Positions 16,465 through 25,857 of a DNA stretch of 64,000 bases are shown here, one piece after another (the first letter of the stretch is position 1; each line of letters opens with the position of its first letter). Where the stretch lies: assembly GCA_965219995.1 (NCBI GenBank), contig CBDCOX010000002.1, positions 3,232,001 through 3,296,000 of the forward strand, given 5' to 3'. The notes beneath the pieces were generated by a model. It was not told the DNA's origin and made no database searches. It saw nothing but the letters and a program-made list of their open reading frames with translations. The DNA is from Candidatus Latescibacterota bacterium. Its GTDB lineage: Bacteria > Latescibacterota > UBA2968 > GCA-2709665. The position numbers and the translations under genes were made by a program.

Positions 16465-17769
16465 TCAGGATTTACCGGCCGCGAGGATCCCGTATCGCTG
16501 TAACGTACTCGCCAGCGTGGGACGACCCAGCCGAATCCTGCCGTCGTTCAGCAGGTATGTGAACAGATATCCGACGCCGAGCATGAGGATCCCGATCAAA
16601 AAGCAATACATGACCGCTCGATCCGGATATACATCCTTGAGATATCCGACGTACAGGGGACCTGAGATGCCGGCGGCCGCCCAGGCCGTCAGGACGGCGC
16701 CGTAGATGGTGGACATCTTCTTCGTGCCGAACACGTCGAGGACGAAAGGGGGCATGGTCGCGAATCCGCCGCCGAAGCAGAGCAGGACGTAGCAGACCAG
16801 AGCCGAAAATATCCAGGGGTTGGTTTCCGTCATGAGGATGCCGAAGACGACCATCTGGCTGGCGAGGAGTACCCTGAAGACGGTAACACGGCCGAACCGG
16901 TCGGATAACAGACCCCAGAACAGTCGCCCCAATCCGTTGCAGATGGAACTGACGGCAATAAGCGTCGCGCCGTACTCAGCCAGTGTACTCGGTTCGATCG
17001 AACTGTCCGCCAGGCCCCAGATCTCCTGGAGGATTTCCGACTGGAAGCTGATGACCGAGATTCCTGCGGCGATGTTGAAGAAGAAGACGATCCACATGAT
17101 CACGAACTGGGTTGTCTTGAGGTACGATACAGCAGAATCCGGTTCCCCGTAATCCAGCGCGTCATCCGGTGCGCCGCCCGCGGGTACCGCTGACGCAGGC
17201 GGATCGCTGAGGGCCAGGCTGCAGGGAAGCAGTATGGCGCCGAATATGATCCCGAGCCAGATAAAAACAAGTGGAAGCGTGCCCGCTGTTGTTACGATCA
17301 AGAACGGCGCCAACCCCTTGCTCAAGAGGAAGGCGCCAACGCCGAAGCCCATAACGACGATACCCGTGGCCAGGCCCTTGCGGTCGGGGAACCACTTCGC
17401 TACGGTCGCGACCGGCGTGACGTATCCCAGCCCGATTCCCGCGCCGCCGATCACGCCGTAACCCAGGTAGAAAAGCGGTATGGAATCCATGTGAAGCGCG
17501 GCTCCGGAAATCAGGTATCCGCCTGAAAACAGGATGCTGCCGGTGACCGCCAGAAACCTTGGGCCCAATCGAGAGAGCATGTTGCCCGCCCAGGCCGCCG
17601 AGACGCCCAGCGTAAAAATCGCGATACTGAAGGCCCATGCCGTCTCCGTATGCGTCCAGCCGCCCTGATGCACCAGGATCGTCTGGAAGAAACTCCAGGC
17701 GTAGACCGTGCCGAAGCATACCTGCAGAACCGTGCAGAACAGCGCAATAGCGCCTCTTGGAATGCGCAA
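16465..17769 (-). CDS. OFA (oxalate:formate antiporter-like) MFS transporter
   Basis: GTVYAWSFF, GLGYVTPVATVAKWFPDRKGLATG, NGLGRLFWGLLSDRFGR. Confidence 0.9.
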   Translation of the reverse strand: MRIPRGAIALFCTVLQVCFGTVYAWSFFQTILVHQGGWTHTETAWAFSIAIFTLGVSAAWAGNMLSRLGPRFLAVTGSILFSGGYLISGAALHMDSIPLFYLGYGVIGGAGIGLGYVTPVATVAKWFPDRKGLATGIVVMGFGVGAFLLSKGLAPFLIVTTAGTLPLVFIWLGIIFGAILLPCSLALSDPPASAVPAGGAPDDALDYGEPDSAVSYLKTTQFVIMWIVFFFNIAAGISVISFQSEILQEIWGLADSSIEPSTLAEYGATLIAVSSICNGLGRLFWGLLSDRFGRVTVFRVLLASQMVVFGILMTETNPWIFSALVCYVLLCFGGGFATMPPFVLDVFGTKKMSTIYGAVLTAWAAAGISGPLYVGYLKDVYPDRAVMYCFLIGILMLGVGYLFTYLLNDGRIRLGRPTLASTLQRYGILAAGKS

Positions 17770-17783
17770 CCCCGATCCTCCGC

Positions 17784-18527
17784 TTAATCTCGCCGTTCTC
17801 CCGCCTCCCCCGACCCCTCCGTATCTGGCGAGTTCCCCGATACGTACCGAAACAGGCGCGCGAGGTCGCCGACCTCATCATCGCGGCCAAGCAACTCGTC
17901 GACCTCTGACTTCTCACGACTTCGATCCTCGGCAAGGTCCACCGCGTAGGAAAGAAGCCCTCCCAGCGGCTTTGCGGCCAGGTTGACCAGCCAGATCGAC
18001 GCCAGGACGCCAACAACAAGAAAAATACTGATGAGAATGACCTGCTGGCCGATGGCGCGCTGTATTTTGAGTGCGACAATGTCCAGGTCCATTCCAACGT
18101 GAACCGTGCCGGCAACGCCGGCCAGAATCGGGCTTCCCACCTCCAGGAAGTCGCCCAGACCGGGAATGCTTCGCTCAACCGGTTCGGTGTTGGACGGATC
18201 GCTTGCGAGAATCTCCTCGGGGATGCCGGGAACGAAGGTATGCGCCAGATACTCGCCCTCTTCGCTGGTAATATAGATGTAGCGGATGCCCTGAATCTCG
18301 ACGAACTGATCGATCATCGACTGCAGCGTTGCAAGATTCCGGTTCAGGAGGATGTCCACACTGGCGTTGGCGATGGTCTTCGCGATATCTTTGCTGTTGG
18401 ACGCGTATTCCGCCGACAATTGCGTGTCTACCGTGTAAATGCACAGGAAAGACGTCGACAGTACGATCAGCCCGAAGAGCGCGAAGATGCCGAATCTGGT
18501 CTTCTGAAACAGCTTTTGAATTTTCAT
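17784..18527 (-). CDS. Membrane protein: TM, periplasmic Cache-like domain, TM, HAMP; no output domain
   Basis: Two hydrophobic helices flanking YIYI...YLAHTF...TVHVGMD; HAMP-like KPLGGL...RDDEVGDLARLF, then stop. Confidence 0.7.
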   Translation of the reverse strand: MKIQKLFQKTRFGIFALFGLIVLSTSFLCIYTVDTQLSAEYASNSKDIAKTIANASVDILLNRNLATLQSMIDQFVEIQGIRYIYITSEEGEYLAHTFVPGIPEEILASDPSNTEPVERSIPGLGDFLEVGSPILAGVAGTVHVGMDLDIVALKIQRAIGQQVILISIFLVVGVLASIWLVNLAAKPLGGLLSYAVDLAEDRSREKSEVDELLGRDDEVGDLARLFRYVSGNSPDTEGSGEAGERRD

Positions 18528-18528
18528 A

Positions 18529-19896
18529 TTACGAAAGCCAGCTTTCCCAGTCGTCCAGAGTCACAAAGCGGCCGTCCTGAACGACGGTGTAGTAAACGGT
18601 TTGCAGACCCTGTCGCCGGTCGGGTCCGAAAGAAACCCGCTCCCCGATGCCGAGATCGAAATCCCGAACCGAGAAGACCGCGTCCTCCAGCCCCTCCCTG
18701 CTGGGAATGTCTCCCAGGCGCCGGAGAATCTCGGTCATCAGCTTCGCGTCCAGAAAGCCTTCCAGGCTGACAAAGCTCTGCTCGAACGGGCTGTAGGGCT
18801 CTTTGACCAGTTCCTTCGGAACGTCCGGATTGTAGCGCGCCATCAACTCGCGGTACTCTCTCACGGCAGGAATGGAAGTGTCCTCATAGCTGGGCACGAC
18901 CTGGGAATTGACGAGATACCGGGTGTACGTCTCGGCGTCGTCACGGCCCTCGCTGAGCAGATGCAGCAGATTCTCGCTGCCTACGAACGAAAGATTGGCG
19001 ATCGGGACCTTCAGGCCCAGGTCGATCGCGTCGCGGGCGAAAGCGGCGCACGCGGCGTATGATCCGATGCAGATGACGGCGTCCGGTGAAGCGCCTTGCA
19101 GGATTTCAACCTGGCGCCTCATGCTTCCGGTGAACCTTTGACCGCGGCGGTAGGTCGCCTCGCCGGCAATGTGTTTGCCGTGCGCCTCGATTGCCGCCCG
19201 CACGCCCGCCCATCCGCTGCGTCCGTACGCGTCGGCCTGGTAGAACACCGCGATCCGCTTTCTGCCGGTCCGGACGAAATTGTCCACAAGCCCCGCGGTC
19301 TCCTGGCGATAGGACGCCCGGAGGTTGAACGCGAAATCCCCGTATGGCGGCTCCCTCTGAGGCTGGGCGCCGGTAAACGGGAAAAACAGATAGACCCGCT
19401 CGTCCTGGAACTTCTTCAGCAGGGGAAGCGCGCGGGTCACGGTTGGCGTGCCGACGTACCCGAATAACAGGAACACCTGGTCTTCCAGCATGAGCTTCAT
19501 GGTGTTCTTCACGCATGGGTCCGGCTGGTACCCGTCGTCATAGAGCTTGAAGACGATCTGGCGGCCGCCAACCCCGCCGTTGTCATTTACGTGATTGAAG
19601 TACGATTTGGCGCCCCGGTAGAGTTCGCTGCCCAGCCCCCGCGAGGGCCCGGAAAACGCCGCGGACATGCCCAGGACGATCTTGCCGTCATATACGCCTT
19701 CAGAGCCTTCGCCGCGATCGGGGTTTTCTGTTGAAACTCCCGCTGATCCTCCTGTTTGGGCTCCTACGTCCCTCCAACCTCCCCAGGACAACGCCAGCAG
19801 CCCGAAAAGGCCTCGACGGAGGAGCGACCTTCGCGTGAGATCAAACGCGTGATTGTTCCTGGCGTCGTGTCCGTCGGTCCAATTGGGAAAATCCAT
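18529..19896 (-). CDS. PBP1-type periplasmic ligand-binding protein with probable Tat signal
   Basis: ATG 19896 with GAGG RBS; LTRRSLL; LGMSAAFSGP, DDGYQP, YVGTPT, NLRASYRQE. Confidence 0.85.
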   Translation of the reverse strand: MDFPNWTDGHDARNNHAFDLTRRSLLRRGLFGLLALSWGGWRDVGAQTGGSAGVSTENPDRGEGSEGVYDGKIVLGMSAAFSGPSRGLGSELYRGAKSYFNHVNDNGGVGGRQIVFKLYDDGYQPDPCVKNTMKLMLEDQVFLLFGYVGTPTVTRALPLLKKFQDERVYLFFPFTGAQPQREPPYGDFAFNLRASYRQETAGLVDNFVRTGRKRIAVFYQADAYGRSGWAGVRAAIEAHGKHIAGEATYRRGQRFTGSMRRQVEILQGASPDAVICIGSYAACAAFARDAIDLGLKVPIANLSFVGSENLLHLLSEGRDDAETYTRYLVNSQVVPSYEDTSIPAVREYRELMARYNPDVPKELVKEPYSPFEQSFVSLEGFLDAKLMTEILRRLGDIPSREGLEDAVFSVRDFDLGIGERVSFGPDRRQGLQTVYYTVVQDGRFVTLDDWESWLS

Positions 19897-19978
19897 TCGG
19901 TTCCTCTTCAGCTGAAATACGGATTTGCCTGCATCACCGGGGGCTTCCGCGCCAATTCGATCGCAGGCCGGCCGATCC

Positions 19979-21208
19979 TCAGAAATTGTATGTAAAATGA
20001 ATGTCGAGCCGGTTGGCGATTCCGTCGTTCGGTCCCTTGTAGGTGGTTTTCCAGTACAGATATTCGACCGCCACCTGTAATGGTTTCCAGGGCCGATATC
20101 GGCCGACAGCGTAGAAGGCGCCATTCCTGGTACGCCCGCCCGAGGGCACGGCATCCTCGTCCGGCTTCTCCATCGTTGCTCCGGCGTAGAGCTTCCACTG
20201 GGCATTGGGCATGATCACGATTTGGGCCCACCCGCCGGTGGAGGCAATCTCCTCGCCTGTCGACGTGTTGACCCCCTGGCCGATACCGCCGCGTATATCC
20301 GTGAGATTGCTCCCGGTCCAGGCTTCGCCCTGCACCATAAATTGGTCGGTAAGGGAAATCGAAGCGTCAAGACCCACCGCGGTCGAAGCGAAGCTTGTCT
20401 CGCCGCCCACGGGTTCGGCTGTCTCCTCGGCGCCCCAATGGGCCCACGCGCCCGCCTTGAATTTCGGCTGCTCGAATCCCAGACGGGCCTGCAGAAAGGG
20501 CAGCGCCGCATCCCAACCATCCAGAATGCCGTTCCTGTCCAGGTCTTTCTTGTCCACGGCCCCGGTCTGGCCTGCCGCCACCGCCAGGGAAAAGCCACCC
20601 TCCGGTTTGAACGTGAGCCTGACCTGGGGATGCCGGTCTCCCAGGTTGCCCGCGTGCCACATCAGGCCGTCGTTGTTGGCGATCGGAAAGATCGGCGAAA
20701 TCACGTCCCAGCACTGGCCGGCGAGAAAATGCCAGTCCCCCCGCTGCAGATTGAAATAGGCCTGCCGCAGCCGGAGAATCTGGCGCGATTCGCTGCCGCC
20801 GTTCTGGAAATCGATCTCGACGAGGCCGCTGATGCTGGAGATCTCGTCCAGCTTCACGGGTTTGTACCTGGCGCCCAACCGGGTCAGACGCGGGTACATG
20901 GTCAAATTGCCATCTGTTTCGGCGCCGGGATCTTCCGGCTTTACCCAGAAACCGAATTGGTGGCTTTGCATCTTCGAATCGTCGAATACGGCGTCGAAGC
21001 GGACAAAACCGTAAACCGAGAATTCTCCGGCATAGGCCGAATTTCCCCCGCTCAACAGGCAGGCCAATATTGCTGCGGCGATAGCCCTTTTCAAAAATCC
21101 GCTCCTTTGCAGAAGAGTACCCAGGTCCGACAGAACGTTGGCGGCGAAAGCTCGCGATTCCAGCATCGGGCGCCGGCGGGATCTATTCTTCAGCCGTTTC
21201 TTCCGCAC
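19979..21208 (-). CDS. DcaP-like outer membrane porin
   Basis: YGFVRFDAVFD, TRLG, VEIDF, LRLRQAY, LAGQ.W; C-terminal YNF; start uncertain. Confidence 0.7.
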   Translation of the reverse strand: MRKKRLKNRSRRRPMLESRAFAANVLSDLGTLLQRSGFLKRAIAAAILACLLSGGNSAYAGEFSVYGFVRFDAVFDDSKMQSHQFGFWVKPEDPGAETDGNLTMYPRLTRLGARYKPVKLDEISSISGLVEIDFQNGGSESRQILRLRQAYFNLQRGDWHFLAGQCWDVISPIFPIANNDGLMWHAGNLGDRHPQVRLTFKPEGGFSLAVAAGQTGAVDKKDLDRNGILDGWDAALPFLQARLGFEQPKFKAGAWAHWGAEETAEPVGGETSFASTAVGLDASISLTDQFMVQGEAWTGSNLTDIRGGIGQGVNTSTGEEIASTGGWAQIVIMPNAQWKLYAGATMEKPDEDAVPSGGRTRNGAFYAVGRYRPWKPLQVAVEYLYWKTTYKGPNDGIANRLDIHFTYNF

Positions 21209-21416
21209 CGTCGCCGTTTTGTGCGCGGATGCGTTCCACGTATGACCGGCCCCTGTTTACGGCTTTGTCCACTTTGCGTCGAACGGTCTGACGCGTTTCG
21301 ATACCGCTTCGAGGAGCCAGCATTACACCGGCGATGATTCCAAATGCCATTCCGATAATGGCGCCCAGGCCGAATATGCCCAGGCATAGACTCACGTTGT
21401 TCGTCTCGCGATCCAC
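21183..21416 (-). CDS. YtxH-domain small membrane protein
   Basis: GTG 21416 with GGGAGG RBS; GAIIG...AGVMLAPRSGIETR. Confidence 0.7.
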   Translation of the reverse strand: MDRETNNVSLCLGIFGLGAIIGMAFGIIAGVMLAPRSGIETRQTVRRKVDKAVNRGRSYVERIRAQNGDGAEETAEE

Positions 21417-21661
21417 TGAAGCCTCCCGGTCCGAAAACCATAAATATCGATGCATGGCAACGTCATTGCAGACGAAACCGAACAATCGTCGATTTTCACC
21501 AGAACCTCTAATTTATAATGCAAAGCATCCGAATAGTCAATGCATTTGGTAAAATCTGCGGGGAATCGAAGCGCGAAATTCGCGAGGCAAACAGGGATTA
21601 CCACCCAATCTGCAGGAAGGGCGTCTGCGTCCGCCCACGCGACTTCCCGGTTCCGCGCCGC

Positions 21662-22942
21662 TCAGATCCGTTTGCGATCGTAAATCCACGTCAACGGATA
21701 CACGCGCAGTACCAGTTCCCCGGGCTTTCTGGCCGTCTGCTTGCGTTCACCGAGCGTCACCGCCTCGCCGGTATCCTCATCCGGCTCCACCCAGCTTCGA
21801 TGGTACATCAGCAGCACCCGGTCGCCGTGAAACCACACGTTCGCGTAGTCGAACGTGGCGAAGTCCTCCGGCAGCGTTCCCAGTTCCGGAAGCGCGACGA
21901 CAGGACTGACCGGATACTGAGGGGGAACCCGCGCCAGGTCCTCCATGCCGCCGCTGAGTTCGATCGTCCGGAAGTGCGACCAGCTGGCCCCGTTGTCGCT
22001 CGAAACCGCGGCTGACAACCTGCCGCGCCGGTACCCTCTCAGGATCTCCTCGCGCGACGTCTGGTTCCAGACGCACATCAGGTCGCCGGTACCCGGAATC
22101 CGCCTGATCCTGGGCGGCGAATAGGAAGCGGCGAGATCGCTCGGCACCACCGGTGTCCAGGTCTCGCCTTCGTCCTCGCTGTAGCTCTGCACGAGCCGCC
22201 CCACCGTGGACCTCGCCACCATCATCAGCCGTCCATCCGGACACGCCGCCACACCGGGCTCATCCACGGCGGTAATACCTCCCCGGCCGTTCGGAATGCC
22301 CTCGGCGTCGAACCAGCCCATCAGCTGACCCCGGCACATCTGCCAGGTGCGGCCTTCGTCGTCCGAATAACTCACCGAAGCAATATCCACTTCCGGATAA
22401 TGATAGTGCCCGCTCACCTGCAGCCGCCGCCCCTTCCAGAATCCATAGCTGCTCACGCGCGCGTACTCCAGCCCCGAATGATGGTTGTTGCTGTGGCAGA
22501 TCCGGCTCGGCATTACCATCCGGCCGTTCGGCATCTGAATCATCGTATCGTAATACGGTCCGCCGAGCAGATTCATCGGCCATTCTCCGGACCAGGACCT
22601 GCCCTCGTCGTCCGATACCGAAAGGAAGAACGGGTTCCAGTTGAACATCTCCGATCCGCGATGTCGATTTCCACGTCCGAGATGCGCGAGGGCCAGCCGG
22701 CCCGACGACAACCGGATGCAGGACAGGCAGGAGGTTTCGCCAAGGGAATCCCAGTCCGGCGCTTGCGCTCTTTCCCACGTCAGACCGGAGTCTCCGGATC
22801 GGTAAACCCCGCGGCCCGCGATCATCAGCAGTCCGTCTTGTACTTCCACAACGGCCGTCGCGCTTCCGGCGCCCAGGCCGATATGCTCTGTAGCGCCTTC
22901 CGGCAAAGACTTTCGAAATACCGGCTTTCCTGGATCGGCCAT
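21662..22942 (-). CDS. Sialidase-like BNR/Asp-box beta-propeller protein
   Basis: Five Asp boxes: SGDSGLTW, SDDEGRSW, SDDEGRTW, SEDEGETW, SSDNGASW. Confidence 0.8.
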   Translation of the reverse strand: MADPGKPVFRKSLPEGATEHIGLGAGSATAVVEVQDGLLMIAGRGVYRSGDSGLTWERAQAPDWDSLGETSCLSCIRLSSGRLALAHLGRGNRHRGSEMFNWNPFFLSVSDDEGRSWSGEWPMNLLGGPYYDTMIQMPNGRMVMPSRICHSNNHHSGLEYARVSSYGFWKGRRLQVSGHYHYPEVDIASVSYSDDEGRTWQMCRGQLMGWFDAEGIPNGRGGITAVDEPGVAACPDGRLMMVARSTVGRLVQSYSEDEGETWTPVVPSDLAASYSPPRIRRIPGTGDLMCVWNQTSREEILRGYRRGRLSAAVSSDNGASWSHFRTIELSGGMEDLARVPPQYPVSPVVALPELGTLPEDFATFDYANVWFHGDRVLLMYHRSWVEPDEDTGEAVTLGERKQTARKPGELVLRVYPLTWIYDRKRI

Positions 22943-23035
22943 GCTTCTTTCCTCCCCGGTCGGTTACGCTCACATACGTGATATCATGGGCGGAATCTCG
23001 GCCCTGAAGGGTCTTCAGGGGCGCGAACCTGTCCG

Positions 23036-24418
23036 CTAGCTGAAGCGTATGGCGTAGAGGTCGGCCTCTTTCATCGCCGCGCGAAGACGCACCGGCCTTC
23101 CGGCCAGCGCCGACACGTCTGAGCCGTTATCCCAGCGAACCGTCCGCGCGATCTCGTCTCCGAAGATCTCGACACTTTCGGAGAGCGTGCGGCCGGGGAT
23201 GGGGCGGCCCTGCTCGTCCTGAATCTCGAAACGGATTTCGCCGGCCACCGAGGTCGCGTAGTTGATGGCCAGCTCACTGCCTGCGAAGGTGAAGGGCCTG
23301 GTTACGAACTCGCCTCCGCCGAAGGGCGCGTTGACGGAGACGAAGCCGTCGGTCCGAAGCACGCCTCGACGGAGCCGGCACGTCGGGTTCCGGTAGTTCT
23401 CTACGTAGTAGACCGAGATCTCCCCGGGCCCGGTGGGCACGACGCCGACGCCGGCGGCCATGTTCCGCTCATTCCAGTTCCTTGAGTCAAGGCCCGGACG
23501 GATGAACGGTCCCATAAACCGGCGGTCCCACCGGACGCCGTCCCGGCTGGTCATGAAGACCCCCTCTGACAGGCCGTCGGACACCCAGTCTCTGTGGAAT
23601 TTCCGGCCAAGCCGAAGCCGCTTGGGGAACATCAGGTAGACGTGGGGAGCGCGGAAGTAGAGGGTCGCCGCGTTGGTGTACAGGTGCTCCTTTTGCCTTC
23701 CGCCCATGTCGATCAGCTCCGGCGCGGTCCAGTCCAGGAAGTCGTCCGACTCGGCCCTCCGAATCGACCGGTATACGCCACCCTGACCGGGCTCGCCGCC
23801 ATGATCGCATTCGGGCGTGAAACCCCTCAGGTAGCTGACGTACTTGCGAATATTGACGTCCCAGAAAGCCACATTGGGGGAGTCGAAGCTGGGATGGTCG
23901 TCGGGTGGCGCGTGCAGGATCGGCACGTCCCGGATCAGCTTCCAATGGATGCCGTCGGGCGAACCATAGCCGTAAATCGTGGAGCGTTTGTCCAGCTTTT
24001 CGCCCCTCAGGAAGCCTTTGTACCGCAGAGATTCCGGTGCGGCCGGATTCGGATCCTTGAAGACGCAGGCGTTCCAGTGCACGGCCCCCATGACGATGTT
24101 GTTCTCCTTCGAGCCCTCGAACTCGTGGAGCCCGAGGGTCGGACGCTCGAAGTGGATGCCGTCCGGGCTTTCGGCGTAGCAGGTCGTCCGGTGCGTTCCA
24201 TCAGGGCCGGTGGCGCGGTACCAGAGGCGGTATCGCCCGTCGTCGAGGATAATGTTCGCGGCCCACGACGTCTCCCCTTCCCAGGATTGGTCGAAGTCGA
24301 GGGCGACCTCAGCCGGCACCGGAGGATGGAGTTTGAGGCTCGTGTCCGTCATCGTGTCGATCAGCCAGTCGTCGACGAACAGTTCAAGCCTGGAGCCAAT
24401 GTCTCTCACGCCAGCCAT
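23036..24418 (-). CDS. Putative five-bladed beta-propeller glycoside hydrolase-like protein
   Basis: ELFVDD, YAESPDGIHFERP, SPDGIHW, SRDGVRW, LRTDGFVS; C-terminal beta-sandwich ending DLYAIRF. Confidence 0.65.
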   Translation of the reverse strand: MAGVRDIGSRLELFVDDWLIDTMTDTSLKLHPPVPAEVALDFDQSWEGETSWAANIILDDGRYRLWYRATGPDGTHRTTCYAESPDGIHFERPTLGLHEFEGSKENNIVMGAVHWNACVFKDPNPAAPESLRYKGFLRGEKLDKRSTIYGYGSPDGIHWKLIRDVPILHAPPDDHPSFDSPNVAFWDVNIRKYVSYLRGFTPECDHGGEPGQGGVYRSIRRAESDDFLDWTAPELIDMGGRQKEHLYTNAATLYFRAPHVYLMFPKRLRLGRKFHRDWVSDGLSEGVFMTSRDGVRWDRRFMGPFIRPGLDSRNWNERNMAAGVGVVPTGPGEISVYYVENYRNPTCRLRRGVLRTDGFVSVNAPFGGGEFVTRPFTFAGSELAINYATSVAGEIRFEIQDEQGRPIPGRTLSESVEIFGDEIARTVRWDNGSDVSALAGRPVRLRAAMKEADLYAIRFS

Positions 24419-24464
24419 GGATCATCCTCCTGACACGCCGATACTGCACCTGCCGGCTGACCTG

Positions 24465-25688
24465 CTAATTCCAATCCACCGGCGAATGCAACTCGCCCAG
24501 AAGCACCCGCCGCACACGGTCCAGGCCCTGGATCACCGTCCACCGACGAACCAGGTCCGAGTCATCGAAGGACCGCCCCTGCTCGTTCATGCTCAGGTCT
24601 CCCGGCCCTCGAACCGCGATTACCGTCGTGTTCCCGTTGCAGGGGCCGATCATCGCCAACCCCACGCCGCCATCGGGCGCAACGCGCTCCGCCAACTCCC
24701 GCGCCGTCGTCCGGTCATCGGCGCCTCGAGGCAAGCCGTTGCGTGCGGCCGCCGTCGCCCGCTCGGCATCGCTCCCGTGCAGATCCGTGAGTACGACGCT
24801 CTGGAATCCCGCCTCGCCCAACTCCCGTGACAGTTGTCCGCCGGTAAGTCCGTCTACCAGTCCGAGCTTCAGTTCACGCTGCGTCAGGAGCCTGCCCACG
24901 ACTTCGGCAACGGTCTCTTTCTCCACACCGTAGACGGCCACACCCAGCCGGCGCCGCAGTTCGGTTTCCATACCGGCAATCAGCGCGTCGGCATCCGCTT
25001 CCGAATCGGCCCTGGCTGTCACGCGAACGTCCGTCTGCCCGGCGTGCGCCGCCAGGCCGACCGATGGGTTCGAAGACGCCATCAGGTCGCCGATGCCACG
25101 ATCGATATTGCTTTCCCCAACCGCGCACGTCCGGAGCACCCGCACCCGGATAACCTTCACCCCGCCCATCCTTTCCACGAGCAGGGGCACCACGGTATGC
25201 TCCATCATGTGCGCGAGTTCCCGCGGAACGCCCGGCAGGCAGACGATGAACCCCCGCCCTTTCGTGTCTTCGCTCAGAAAACACGGCGCCGTGCCAACGG
25301 GATTCTCCAGCGGCAACGCGCCCTCCGGAAGGTACGCCTGCCGTTTGTTGTTTGCCGCCATTTTCCGGCCGAAATTCCGGAACCGGGCGGCGATCTGCGC
25401 CTCCAGGTCGTTGCTGTAAACCAGCTTCCGTCCGGTTGCACGCGCGATCGCCTGCCGGGTCACGTCGTCAACCGTGGGTCCGATGCCCCCCGACGTAATC
25501 ACCACGTCCGACCTGTCCAACGCGAGGTCGAGGACTTCGGTGATGCGTTCCTCGTTGTCTCCCACGGTGGTCTTGTAATAGAGGTCCATTCCGATGTTTC
25601 GGAGCGCCACGGCCAGCAGATTCGCGTTCGTGTCGACGATTTCTCCAAGCAGAAGCTCGGTCCCGACCATAACAATCTCAGCGCGCAC
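24465..25688 (-). CDS. cinA: CinA family protein (MocF-like N-domain, degenerate PncC-like C-domain)
   Basis: VGTELLLGEIVDTN, VGDN, SGGIGPTVDDVTR, LPGVPRE. Confidence 0.85.
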   Translation of the reverse strand: MRAEIVMVGTELLLGEIVDTNANLLAVALRNIGMDLYYKTTVGDNEERITEVLDLALDRSDVVITSGGIGPTVDDVTRQAIARATGRKLVYSNDLEAQIAARFRNFGRKMAANNKRQAYLPEGALPLENPVGTAPCFLSEDTKGRGFIVCLPGVPRELAHMMEHTVVPLLVERMGGVKVIRVRVLRTCAVGESNIDRGIGDLMASSNPSVGLAAHAGQTDVRVTARADSEADADALIAGMETELRRRLGVAVYGVEKETVAEVVGRLLTQRELKLGLVDGLTGGQLSRELGEAGFQSVVLTDLHGSDAERATAAARNGLPRGADDRTTARELAERVAPDGGVGLAMIGPCNGNTTVIAVRGPGDLSMNEQGRSFDDSDLVRRWTVIQGLDRVRRVLLGELHSPVDWN

Positions 25689-25709
25689 AATCCCCCCTCA
25701 AGCTATTAA

Positions 25710-25848
25710 GAAGCGGTGAGACGTAAGAGGGTAGACGGTAGATGACGTCCGTGCCCGATTGGTTCTTCCTTTCTGCCTGCGGCAAGAGATGATACCGAAC
25801 AGGCATTCAAATCATCTCCCGTCTCACGTCTTACGTCTACCCGCCTTT
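25710..25848. repeat. Heptamer-arm inverted repeat element (same family as 11.6-12.1 kb)
   Basis: AAGCGGTGAGACGTAAGAGGGTAGACGGTAGATGA ... TCATCTCCCGTCTCACGTCTTACGTCTACCCGCC. Confidence 0.8.
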
Positions 25849-25857
25849 ATTCGCTTT

